A DNA stretch of 25,367 nt, from IMG/VR virus record IMGVR_UViG_2690315922_000022, positions 1 through 25,367 of that record. The stretch is one strand, 5' to 3'. The notes under the pieces are model-generated. The model searched no databases. It was given only the letters and a program-made list of their open reading frames with translations, and was not told the DNA's origin. Shown in pieces: positions 16,968 to 25,367 of this stretch (positions are counted from its first letter, which is position 1; each line of letters starts with the position of its first letter). Both the position numbers and the translations under genes were made by a program. The stretch is from a virus (Duplodnaviria > Heunggongvirae > Uroviricota > Caudoviricetes).

Positions 16968-18221
16968 TTACTGCCCGGCAATAACGATGCCCGTATATTC
17001 AGGAACCAATACAGAGCAACCGTACAGAGTGGTGAAACGCGCAGTGGTTACGCCTTTGATGTGGTCGAAGGCGTAAGACATGATCAGCGTAGCGCCCTGC
17101 TCGGTGGTTGCTGTCATTACCTGTGGACCCTGACCAGTCGGGAACGCCAGTTTGCCGTACATCAGTTCAACAGAACCATCAGCCCAGAACAGGTTAGCCG
17201 GTGCGGCATTTTTGTTGAGAATGGTGATTGCTGCGCTACTTGCCGCATTAGCATCAACGTTTGCATATGGACGGCTGGCGACATCCGCGTTGTCAGGCGG
17301 CAGAATTTTCGGGGATATAGTTACTGTCGTTCCGCTAACTGCCAGAACGCGGAATACCTGCGGCTGCCCGGTGGTATCTTTGGTGATCTGGTGTACGGAA
17401 TTCACCCCTGCGATGGTAAACGCATCGCCAACCTGCAAACCTTCAGCAGATACCGTAATGGTCCCCTGTCGGTTATCCACTGGCATATCGTTAACATCTT
17501 TCGCTTCAACCTTGTGCGCAGGTGCTGCTGCCAGCGTAATGGAAGTTGCTGTACCCTTCGGAACACGACCGGAAATATCTGTTTTGTAGCTATCGAAGGA
17601 CGCAACCGGAGGGATCTGCGCTTTTTCGTATGCTGTCAGAGTTGCGCCCTGAGCATAAGCACGGTGACCAAGCTCGCCAGCAAGGTCTTTATAGTTGAAG
17701 GGGTTCCAGAAAGAGCGGCGGTTGATACCCTGCGGTACACCTATCGCCGTCATGGTGGCGTCAATACCTGCCGCACAGTTCCACAAATCACGGCCCTGTG
17801 TACCAGTGGTTGAGTCAGCCATTGTGATCACGTTAGTAGCACGCTGCGTGACCATGGAAATCAGGTCAGAGTCAATCTGTGCAGCAAGGCGCATACCTGC
17901 GGCGCGACCAGCTTCAGTTTTATGCTCAGGGTCACGCATTTCACGCGCATCCAGAGTATACAGAATGTTTTTCGGCTCCTTGAACACAGAAGGAACAAGG
18001 CGCTGAACCAGTGCTGTTGGCGTTTTGCTGCTGAGATCTAGGCCTTCTTCAATGTTCATGTGGTAATGCTGCGGACGATACAGAACATCGCCTGCTCGCT
18101 GCATTGCAGTATCACCGGGACGGAATTTTTTAGCGTTACGGGAAACTACGCAGGCGGCCTCAAAGCCTTCAACGTAGTTTTCGAACATGATTTCAAGGTC
18201 TTTTGCTAATTGGTTAGCCAT
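16968..18221 (-). CDS. Major capsid (coat) protein, P22 gp5 family
   Basis: 417 aa; size, position after scaffold and sequence consistent with P22/Sf6 coat protein. Confidence 0.88.
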   Translation of the reverse strand: MANQLAKDLEIMFENYVEGFEAACVVSRNAKKFRPGDTAMQRAGDVLYRPQHYHMNIEEGLDLSSKTPTALVQRLVPSVFKEPKNILYTLDAREMRDPEHKTEAGRAAGMRLAAQIDSDLISMVTQRATNVITMADSTTGTQGRDLWNCAAGIDATMTAIGVPQGINRRSFWNPFNYKDLAGELGHRAYAQGATLTAYEKAQIPPVASFDSYKTDISGRVPKGTATSITLAAAPAHKVEAKDVNDMPVDNRQGTITVSAEGLQVGDAFTIAGVNSVHQITKDTTGQPQVFRVLAVSGTTVTISPKILPPDNADVASRPYANVDANAASSAAITILNKNAAPANLFWADGSVELMYGKLAFPTGQGPQVMTATTEQGATLIMSYAFDHIKGVTTARFTTLYGCSVLVPEYTGIVIAGQ

Positions 18222-18239
18222 GCTTAATGCTCCGATAGG

Positions 18240-19133
18240 TTATTTTTTTGCCTTTTTAGCGGCGAAATACGGCGTCCAGTCACCAGTTTCCAGCGCCTTG
18301 GCTTTCAGTTTGTCGAGGTTGTTGATTACTGCGCCGTTGCTCCCCTTAACTGTCGGGGTTGTGGCTGCCGTGGTTTTTGCTTTTGGCATGATTCTGGCCT
18401 TCGATTCGATACGTTCCAGCAGACGACCAATTGCTACGGGGTTGGTAGCTTCTGCCAGTTGCTTGCGCAGTTCAGCGTTGCGACCGAGTGCCAGAACAAC
18501 GATTTCCGGCTTCTCTGACTCAAACAGGATCGCGTTTTGTGTCTCGATGGGGATTTCCTCGAGTACGGCCTGTTCTGCTTCCTGATAGCCAGGAACCTTG
18601 AGAGCCTTAACACGTTGCTGATATTTGGATAATCGCTCTTGATAGGCAGCATGAAGCTCCTGCTCCTTCTGCTTGCGAGCCATCTCCTGTTGCTGGTACT
18701 TGCCGTTATCCTCTGCCCACTTAGCCATGCGTTGCTGGTAGATTTCTTCATCGAAACCGATGTCCTCATCGTCCAGTTTTGGCATTCGCGGTGGTTGAGT
18801 GATTACCGGCTGCTGCTCGACGGGTTTCTGAGACTGACGCATCAGTTCTTTCAGTTCGCGGTCTTTCTCTTTAATCGTCTTGCGCAGGTGTTTTACCAGT
18901 CCATGCTCTGCGCCATCTTCGCTGGTTGGCGAATCCAGCTTTTCGTCACCAAAGTAGAATTCCTGTTCTGATTCGTCGTCATCAGTTTCAGTAGCTTCCT
19001 CTGCATCATTGCCGGAGGACTCACTGCCATCTTCTTTTTCGACTTCTTCAGCCAGTTCGACATCATCAGGAATCTGCTCTGACGCGTCGGTTTCGATTTC
19101 AACTTCTGGTGTGTTTTCTGCCATCTGGTCCAT
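18240..19133 (-). CDS. Scaffolding protein
   Basis: 297 aa; highly acidic N-terminus and charged helical C-terminus; located between portal and coat as in P22 gene 8. Confidence 0.8.
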   Translation of the reverse strand: MDQMAENTPEVEIETDASEQIPDDVELAEEVEKEDGSESSGNDAEEATETDDDESEQEFYFGDEKLDSPTSEDGAEHGLVKHLRKTIKEKDRELKELMRQSQKPVEQQPVITQPPRMPKLDDEDIGFDEEIYQQRMAKWAEDNGKYQQQEMARKQKEQELHAAYQERLSKYQQRVKALKVPGYQEAEQAVLEEIPIETQNAILFESEKPEIVVLALGRNAELRKQLAEATNPVAIGRLLERIESKARIMPKAKTTAATTPTVKGSNGAVINNLDKLKAKALETGDWTPYFAAKKAKK

Positions 19134-19223
19134 TTGTTACCCCTGTTTACTCGATGTTCAGCCCATCGGAAGGCAATAGGGTGCCAGGCCTCATAAAGAC
19201 AGCCATTGCACGTTATGGGTTAA

Positions 19224-21422
19224 TTACTGCTGTGGTTGTTGCTGAGTTGATTTTTGCAGGATGCTGCTGATGTCCATGCGCGGCGCATGGCCTTGCGCCT
19301 GACTTTTCAAGACAAGCTCTGCATCAGCACGGGCATTGTCTCCTTGCTGTTGCTGGAACTGTCCGAGCAGTTTCAGAGCCTCGCGGATATCAGATTTCTG
19401 CTGGCTATCGGCAGATGCGAGGATTTTCACAACATTTGCCGCAGCAACCTGAGCATCAGTCTGTGCCTGGAATGCTTTAACCTGAATGGCTGCCTGTTCG
19501 TTCTGCGCTTTCTGCAATTCAGCCTGACCAGCAAGCAGCTGACCTTGCGCAGCAACCATAGCCGGATCTGGCTGACTGGCCTGTTGTTGTTTCGCCTGTT
19601 CAACCATCTGCTGTTCTTCAGGCGTTCTCGGCTTGATAACGCCAGACAGAAGCAACTGATTGCGGTTGTATTCTTTAAGGTCCTCCATCCCTTCGCCGTC
19701 CATATTGTCGAGAATCATCGACGATACAAGGTCGTGCTTCGGCGTTCCTGGTGGGATAAGTGCCAGCATGGAAAGTAACGACTTAACCGTTGCATCACGG
19801 CGAGTAGCGAATGACTGACCGACATCGACAGTAACTTCATAGTTTCCCTGCGAAAGGTCGTTAAGCGCGATAACCTGCCCTGTCTGACGGTCAACCACTT
19901 CACCAGTCATCAGCGCCACGTCATCGCTGCCGTCCTCATTAACGATACGCATTGGCGTATCGCTGCCATAGACCTCACGCGCCATAGAAAGCCACACAAC
20001 GCCAGCGCGGCGCATGGATTTAGCCATGTTGTCCATGTAGATATAGGACTGCGTGTCCATCCGGTTAAAAATGCTATCAACGGTATCGGTGGCGACGTTG
20101 CTCGGCATGTTCTCAAGCTGCGATGCACCTGTAATTTGCTGAATAGCCGTTCCGGTGTACTGCAATAGCCCGGCAAGAGCTGGAGGCATTTGTGTCGGAG
20201 GTGTCCAGCCAGCAACCTGAGCTTCTGAAATGACTGTTCCGTTTTTGTCCTTCTTGCTGGTCATAGGAAGAACTGCAGGTCTTTTCTTATTCCTCTCTGC
20301 CCAATAATTCATTAATGGGCCGGGAATGAAATCAACATCCACGATAGGAATGCCATCACCGCCAGCCTGAGTAGCGTTATCTGCAATCATGGAAACCATC
20401 AGGTTCTCAAGACGCTGTGCATCCATCGCTTTTGCAGCGTGGCCTTCGATTCGCTCCTGATTATCAACAAATGAGCGACGCCCATATACCGGGATGAGAG
20501 GAATATGTTCACCCGGAATACGCTTCGGTTCTTCCAGCCATTCAGCGCCAGACAGAAGACCGCAATAAACGCGGCGCTTCTTCACCGTTCGCTCGCCAAT
20601 CAGTTCGAATGCACCATCGGTCAGCTCGTCGACAATATCTTTGATTTGCTCTTCATCATAGATTGCCGTTTCTCCGCTAACAGGGTTGCGCCACGCCGTG
20701 AGCTTCACCTTCTCTATGCGAACTTCGTAGTAGCGTCCAACATAGATGGCATCGGGCGTTGACCAGTCATATTGAGTGCCAGTGTCATCACGAGAAAGGC
20801 TTGCCGCGATGGAATCAGGGTATTCAGCCTCGAACGCTTTAGGCGTCATGGAGAACATTTCCATAGCCCACATAGCATCAGAGCGGTCATATTGCTTGCT
20901 GTCCTGATCGAAGAAGACGCATGTCGCTGGGTCGTAAACAGGAAGAAGACTGATGCGTCGCTGCTCGTTACTCGGATCCATTTCATCTTCGTAATCGGCA
21001 CACATGCGGAAACAACCGAATCCGCCCGTTACGGCATCATCAAATGCGTTATCACACGCTTCGCCACCGGATGTTTCCTGATAGTCAGCGCGGAATTTGC
21101 CGTTCATCTTTTCAGCTAACGCTTCCGATGCCTTGTCGTCCTTCGGCCTGAATTTAACGCTGATGCGATTCTGTCGATACTCGCCAATGATGCGATCACA
21201 TTCACGGGCAATCTTATTCAGTTCAAAGCGCGGGTAATGCTCAAACCTGCCTTCATCAAATGAGTAACCAGCGTTTGTGCTGCCTTCCCACTGTGCGCCG
21301 GACACCCGGACGAAACGTTGAGCCTCAATAATCTGCTCACGCATATCCTGCGTTGCTGACCAGGCATTATCAAAGTTGCACAGCACCTTGCGATGCCAGT
21401 CAGCCATCTTTTTTTCTGCCAT
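19224..21422 (-). CDS. Portal protein (P22 gp1 family) with C-terminal Gln-rich helical barrel
   Basis: 732 aa; position after TerL; long Q/A-rich C-terminal helical region typical of P22-like portals. Confidence 0.9.
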   Translation of the reverse strand: MAEKKMADWHRKVLCNFDNAWSATQDMREQIIEAQRFVRVSGAQWEGSTNAGYSFDEGRFEHYPRFELNKIARECDRIIGEYRQNRISVKFRPKDDKASEALAEKMNGKFRADYQETSGGEACDNAFDDAVTGGFGCFRMCADYEDEMDPSNEQRRISLLPVYDPATCVFFDQDSKQYDRSDAMWAMEMFSMTPKAFEAEYPDSIAASLSRDDTGTQYDWSTPDAIYVGRYYEVRIEKVKLTAWRNPVSGETAIYDEEQIKDIVDELTDGAFELIGERTVKKRRVYCGLLSGAEWLEEPKRIPGEHIPLIPVYGRRSFVDNQERIEGHAAKAMDAQRLENLMVSMIADNATQAGGDGIPIVDVDFIPGPLMNYWAERNKKRPAVLPMTSKKDKNGTVISEAQVAGWTPPTQMPPALAGLLQYTGTAIQQITGASQLENMPSNVATDTVDSIFNRMDTQSYIYMDNMAKSMRRAGVVWLSMAREVYGSDTPMRIVNEDGSDDVALMTGEVVDRQTGQVIALNDLSQGNYEVTVDVGQSFATRRDATVKSLLSMLALIPPGTPKHDLVSSMILDNMDGEGMEDLKEYNRNQLLLSGVIKPRTPEEQQMVEQAKQQQASQPDPAMVAAQGQLLAGQAELQKAQNEQAAIQVKAFQAQTDAQVAAANVVKILASADSQQKSDIREALKLLGQFQQQQGDNARADAELVLKSQAQGHAPRMDISSILQKSTQQQPQQ

Positions 21423-21423
21423 A

Positions 21424-22839
21424 TCAACCTACACCACAAGGAATTGAGTAACTGGAATAGTCGGGTTGCGAAGCCGACTCCGGGCAATGCATACACATCA
21501 TCAGCGCATCAGCCAGGTTAGGAGATGGAATACCGAGCTTCTGCTTCATTTCGACCTTAGTCATAAGCTCCAGCTTCCCGTTGTTATTGAATTTGCGCTG
21601 AATCTGCGTCAGTTCTGCAAACAGCTTCTCCAGCATCTTCTCGCCTATCGCTTCTTTGTCGAAACTCAGCATGTCGTCGGGGTCTGCATACTCACCGTGG
21701 ACAACCGCCCGATATGTCAGATACAGCCTGTCAGCCAGCGCGTAATAGAATTGCGCTCGCTTATTGCGGAATACATCACCAATAGTGCGAACGTTGTCAC
21801 CCTGTACGACTTCATCAGCCCATGCTCCGGCCTGATACGGAGCATCTTCATCGAATGGCGATTCGCTGCCCTTGAACATCGTGGCGGTGATTTTCTTGCC
21901 GGAGAACGCTTCCGTTGTCTGTCTGCGTAGCCCGGCACCAACACCATCACCATCCCACAGGTAGTGGTCAGCGCCGTCTTCAATCGCCAGCGAAGTAGCC
22001 CAGTCAGCACCCTCGTTGATGTCCATCAGCAGACCTTCGGCAATGCGCTTAACTACCGAACCGTGACGCGATGCGTAACCTTTAGCATCTGGCCCTGTAT
22101 CTGATGGGTCATGCGCAGAGACAACAGCTCCTTTCGCTTTCCATCCGAGTTTCTTGTGCGCATCGGTAGCAGCTTCAAGCCATTCACGTTTGATGATTGC
22201 CATATCACTTGCGCTTACCGGCTCACCAAGCCAGATGTGACGATACAGCGTCGGGTTTCTGCGTTTGCACTCTTCCATCTCCAGACGGAGAACTTCAGGA
22301 AAGTGCGGGTTGTCGGTGTAGTTCACCGTCAGCAGGCAAATATCATCGGGAGGATTTACAACGAATCGCTGATAGGTATCGTCGAGGATGTTTTTCGGGT
22401 TGAAGCTCACCCATATTTCAGAGAACGGCTTACGGATGGTCGGTATCAGGATATCCCATGATTCCTTCGTTACCGCTTCCGCTTCTTCCACCCAGCAGAT
22501 ATCAATGCCTTCGAGCGATTTAATCTTCGTCGGGTTGTTTTTTATGCCGTAGAACATGAATTCAGCATTCGTTCCGAGATGACGAATCATTGAACGCTGA
22601 ATTTCAAACTCAGCCGAATACCCTTCCCGCTCGATGGTGTCTTCAAGCAACCGGATTACCGAATCGCTGATACTGTTTTGCAGTTCACGAGCACAGAGTA
22701 TGCGCACAGGCTGCCGACGCGCCGCTTCAACAAGCAGTCTCGCAATTGCCCATGACTTACCGCTACCTCGACCGCCTTTGGCGACTTTGTAGCGATGCGC
22801 CTCAATGAACGGTTCAAAGATAGGATTAATCGAGGTCAT
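21424..22839 (-). CDS. Terminase large subunit
   Basis: 471 aa; Walker A GGRGSGKS near the N-terminus; nuclease-domain acidic residues; overlaps TerS by 4 nt. Confidence 0.9.
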   Translation of the reverse strand: MTSINPIFEPFIEAHRYKVAKGGRGSGKSWAIARLLVEAARRQPVRILCARELQNSISDSVIRLLEDTIEREGYSAEFEIQRSMIRHLGTNAEFMFYGIKNNPTKIKSLEGIDICWVEEAEAVTKESWDILIPTIRKPFSEIWVSFNPKNILDDTYQRFVVNPPDDICLLTVNYTDNPHFPEVLRLEMEECKRRNPTLYRHIWLGEPVSASDMAIIKREWLEAATDAHKKLGWKAKGAVVSAHDPSDTGPDAKGYASRHGSVVKRIAEGLLMDINEGADWATSLAIEDGADHYLWDGDGVGAGLRRQTTEAFSGKKITATMFKGSESPFDEDAPYQAGAWADEVVQGDNVRTIGDVFRNKRAQFYYALADRLYLTYRAVVHGEYADPDDMLSFDKEAIGEKMLEKLFAELTQIQRKFNNNGKLELMTKVEMKQKLGIPSPNLADALMMCMHCPESASQPDYSSYSIPCGVG

Positions 22840-23261
22840 TTTCCGAACAGAGTGCTCATCGGTGATGTTTCAATCTGGATTGCGCCGCCGTCTTTGCCGA
22901 CAAGCTCGTTAGTTACCTTGTCGCCATACTTACGGGGATTCATTCGGGCCAGCGCCCATTTGCGGGTATCAACGCGAAGTCTTGCCTTTGCCACCTCAGC
23001 AGCATCTGGAATCGCAGTGTCAGCAATTTCGAATATCTCTTCGAAAATAGAATCAGCTCGCGCCTCAGTTGCCTTCGCGTACTTGTCTCTAAATTCGTCA
23101 TGCTCTGACAGCCAGCGAAATACAGTAGCCTTTGCTGGCATGCCGGGGCGCTTGCAAACCTTAACCAGACTTTCCCCGGAGGCAAGCAGCGCACAGATAT
23201 CATCAGCCACCTCCGGCAGGTAATCCGAAGGGCGACCGACATTCTTTTTCTCAGCCGCCAT
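22836..23261 (-). CDS. Terminase small subunit (Sf6 gp1-like)
   Basis: 141 aa; N-terminal HTH-like GRPSDYLPEVADDICALLASGESLVKVCKRPGMP; I recall it as near-identical to the Sf6 small terminase. Confidence 0.85.
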   Translation of the reverse strand: MAAEKKNVGRPSDYLPEVADDICALLASGESLVKVCKRPGMPAKATVFRWLSEHDEFRDKYAKATEARADSIFEEIFEIADTAIPDAAEVAKARLRVDTRKWALARMNPRKYGDKVTNELVGKDGGAIQIETSPMSTLFGK

Positions 23262-23340
23262 ATTGATTATTTCCCTTCTGCTTGCTTATCCCATTCATCG
23301 CGGAATTTGGATGGGTTGTCGAAACCTTGAGTTGCCATGT

Positions 23341-23583
23341 TTATGCTCCGGTAGTGAACAGGTCTAACGCTTCCTTCGATTTACGCACCGCTTCAAATGT
23401 GCGGATCGTGATATCTGAATTAGCGCCACCTGACTGGAAGTGAATTTTGAATAGCTCAAGCTTCAGCTCGTCAGTGCCAATGAACTGAAATGCTTCTTCT
23501 GCGGCTGCGTTCTGGTTCATGACCAGTTTGTAAATCTCTAACTGGAATTTCTGTTCTTCAGTCATGGGAATAATCTCTGCCAT
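23341..23583 (-). CDS. Hypothetical 80-aa protein upstream of the terminase genes (possibly P22 orf80-equivalent)
   Basis: GGAG RBS 9 nt upstream of the ATG; conserved position between rha and terS. Confidence 0.45.
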   Translation of the reverse strand: MAEIIPMTEEQKFQLEIYKLVMNQNAAAEEAFQFIGTDELKLELFKIHFQSGGANSDITIRTFEAVRKSKEALDLFTTGA

Positions 23584-23712
23584 TGTTGGCTCCGTTTATC
23601 CGTTAAAAGGGATATCAGTTAAGTTATCCCGTGTAGGGTATAAGCCATTATCAAAGCCACCAGTAGATGGGCTTTGTAATGGAGAGCCGTTGTGAAAGTG
23701 GCTCTCAGACTG

Positions 23713-23916
23713 TCATTTTTTCCCTTTCTGTTTACCTGCCCACTGTTTTGCAATGTACAGGCAGTCATCGAAAATTCGGCCTTTTCTGCTGGCTTGTGAA
23801 CAACGGCGGTAATGTTCCACCGCCATGTCAGCGCCAGTCATAGCCGCGTTTTGGTCGTATCCAAGCTTTATTAACTCGGTTGTTACATTTTTATGTATGA
23901 AATCAATCGGAGTCAT
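23713..23916 (-). CDS. Hypothetical 67-aa protein coupled to rha
   Basis: ATGA overlap with the rha stop; basic C-terminus. Confidence 0.4.
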   Translation of the reverse strand: MTPIDFIHKNVTTELIKLGYDQNAAMTGADMAVEHYRRCSQASRKGRIFDDCLYIAKQWAGKQKGKK

Positions 23917-24509
23917 GCTGGTTTACCATCAGGGAAATCCCCCATGTCACATAGCTTGAACTGAATCAGATCCTTCACAAGCTGCTCAGCCTTTTTAATG
24001 GCCTTCTTCTCTTTCTTCCGACGAGTCATGAGAGCGCTACCTGCTTGACCGTGCATTTCAAATGAGAACTTCTCAGCAGCCGCGACACGGTTTTGCATTT
24101 CGCTGATTGCCATATCGGTCAGGCCAGAGAAATCGAGGAGGTTAATGTCCTTCCCACCCTCAAGCTCAGTCATGTGGTCATACACCTGCGCCTGAAGCTC
24201 ATAGCTGTAGCTCATTGCCATGAGGCAAGCTTCACGCTTGGGAAAATTGCAAATATCCCTCTCCACAACACCACCTGTTCCGTTGATATAGGTATCAGTT
24301 GCAAAAAATTTTGCAGCTGCATCCCCGAGAACCTTGGGTACTTTCTTCATGAAACTGCGGTGTTCGAGTTTGCGATATTTCTTACAGGGGAACGCAAGCC
24401 CCTCCGCCTCCGCTTTGGATTTCCGATCAGCATTAATGTAATCCACCATCTCAAGACTGCTCATGGTCGGGTATTCGCCAGAAGGAAGAACGGTTAATGA
24501 TTTGTTCAT
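23913..24509 (-). CDS. rha: Rha-family phage regulatory protein (P22 orf201-like)
   Basis: 198 aa; C-terminal part of the N-domain (REACLMAMSYSYELQAQVYDHMTELE) resembles the Rha/AntA DNA-binding family; sits between the lysis genes and terminase as in P22. Confidence 0.65.
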   Translation of the reverse strand: MNKSLTVLPSGEYPTMSSLEMVDYINADRKSKAEAEGLAFPCKKYRKLEHRSFMKKVPKVLGDAAAKFFATDTYINGTGGVVERDICNFPKREACLMAMSYSYELQAQVYDHMTELEGGKDINLLDFSGLTDMAISEMQNRVAAAEKFSFEMHGQAGSALMTRRKKEKKAIKKAEQLVKDLIQFKLCDMGDFPDGKPA

Positions 24510-24654
24510 GTCGGTATTTCCTTTAGAAAGTTGAGCCTGTTCGCACAGAAAAGCCGTCCCCGAGAGGTCCTCACCTATACGGCAGTTCTCAGGCTCAGCT
24601 TTCTGAAAGACTCGGGATTGTTACGCGCTGCGATACGCTGTGAAATTCAGATGT

Positions 24655-24681
24655 AAAAAAAGCCCCGCATCGCGAGGCTCA
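24655..24681 (-). terminator. Intrinsic terminator after the lysis cassette
   Basis: On the minus strand: AGCCTCGC-GAT-GCGGGGCT hairpin followed by T7, about 30 nt downstream of the Rz stop. Confidence 0.5.
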
Positions 24682-24711
24682 TTAAATTGACTTTGTGATT
24701 TGCAAAAAAAT

Positions 24712-25149
24712 TTATTTCAGGCACTGAGTCCTGATGTACTCCTGCAGGTAGTTAACCTGCGCGGTTATCCTGTCGATTCCACTTCGGAGACGGTAATAAT
24801 TGAGTTCAGCATCTGCTGTAAGTCCTGGGCTTTCTCCATCGCCCATGCTGCTGGCTCCGGTCGTTGACTTTGCACAGGTGGCGGCGACTTGCAGGCGCTT
24901 ACGACCAGCAGAAACATCAGCCCGGAGACTTTCGATAGTCGCGTTAGCATCAGCAAGCTCCTTTGTATATCTGGCGTCGAGTTCTGCTACATCACGTTGA
25001 CGCTTCTGCATGTCAGCGATTGTGGATGCGGCCTTATCGCGCTGCTCTTTGTAGGTCATGGCGTTATCACGGTAATGATTAACCGCCCATGACAGACAGA
25101 CGATGATGCAGATAACCAGAGCGGAGATAATCGCGGTTACTCTGCTCAT
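24712..25149 (-). CDS. Rz: Rz i-spanin (lambda-type)
   Basis: 145 aa; [30 protein letters not shown] matches the lambda Rz N-terminus as I recall it; N-terminal TM plus periplasmic coiled-coil. Confidence 0.9.
   Translation of the reverse strand: MSRVTAIISALVICIIVCLSWAVNHYRDNAMTYKEQRDKAASTIADMQKRQRDVAELDARYTKELADANATIESLRADVSAGRKRLQVAATCAKSTTGASSMGDGESPGLTADAELNYYRLRSGIDRITAQVNYLQEYIRTQCLK
24765..24956 (-). CDS. Rz1: Rz1 o-spanin lipoprotein, embedded in Rz in the +1 frame
   Basis: 63-aa ORF wholly inside Rz; lipobox LLVVSAC followed by a proline-rich segment, as in lambda Rz1. Confidence 0.8.
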   Translation of the reverse strand: MLMLTRLSKVSGLMFLLVVSACKSPPPVQSQRPEPAAWAMEKAQDLQQMLNSIITVSEVESTG

Positions 25150-25367
25150 ACCTCAATCTCTCTGACCGTTCCGCCAGCCTCTTTGAATTTTGCAATCAGG
25201 CTGTCAGCCTTATGCTCGAACTGACCATAACCAGCGCCCGGCAGTGAAGCCCAGATATTGCTGCAACGGTCGATAGCCTGACGAATATCACCGCAATCAA
25301 TCATGGGTAAAGCACCACGCTCTTTAATCTGCTGCAATGCCACAGCGTCCTGGCTTTTCGGAGAGAA
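25146..25367 (-). CDS. R: R-type endolysin (lambda lytic transglycosylase family), 3' portion; gene continues beyond the window end
   Basis: C-terminal 73 aa (...[64 protein letters not shown]) match the lambda R C-terminus as I recall it; reading frame is open to the window edge; 4-nt overlap with the Rz start. Confidence 0.85.
   Translation of the reverse strand, partial: FSPKSQDAVALQQIKERGALPMIDCGDIRQAIDRCSNIWASLPGAGYGQFEHKADSLIAKFKEAGGTVREIEV

Noticed and set aside
16914-18006. Plus-strand ORFs of 103-299 aa (16914-17813, 17152-17589, 17695-18006) opposite the coat gene
   Set aside because: Antisense to the major capsid gene; Arg/Cys-rich composition typical of spurious frames; no RBS.
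19254-21119. Plus-strand ORFs (19254-19778, 20505-20762, 20772-21119) opposite the portal gene
   Set aside because: Antisense to a confidently called 732-aa portal CDS; no independent support.
22940-23242. 100-aa minus-strand ORF in an alternative frame within the small terminase gene
   Set aside because: Same strand but out of frame with the recognisable TerS; Arg/Leu-rich and featureless.
1-25367. CRISPR arrays, tRNA/rRNA genes, IS elements and att direct repeats
   Set aside because: I saw no regularly spaced direct repeats, tRNA-like cloverleaf regions or transposase-like ORFs; the expected att site would lie upstream of base 1.

Overview
This window reads as the integrase-proximal part of a P22-like (Sf6/HK620-type) podovirus prophage in an enterobacterial genome, very likely E. 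coli or Shigella. All calls rest on reading the ORF translations and recalling known protein families; no database search was run. Left to right: a P4-type tyrosine integrase that I recognise as IntS/Sf6-Int-like, which implies integration at tRNA-Arg argW just upstream of the window (not visible here); a gtrA-gtrB-gtr(type) O-antigen glucosylation operon whose third gene is very AT-rich; a convergent tailspike with a P22/Sf6-type N-terminal head-binding domain fused to a divergent AT-rich beta-helix receptor-binding domain; an immI-type module (ant, arc-like, mnt-like) with a repeated CTACAC operator motif and a probable sar-like antisense terminator; an AT-rich accessory cluster of five small genes (7686-9474) at the position where P22 carries sieA; then a minus-strand structural block (ejection proteins gp16/gp20/gp7, gp14-like, knobbed tail needle, gp10, gp4, coat, scaffold, portal, TerL, TerS), followed by rha and two small ORFs, and lambda-type Rz/Rz1 plus the 3' part of an R-type endolysin that runs off the window. 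The most interesting unexplained content is the small-gene cluster between the ejection genes and immI, which I propose as a candidate superinfection-exclusion or envelope-modifying module. No rRNA, tRNA, CRISPR array or IS element was seen.
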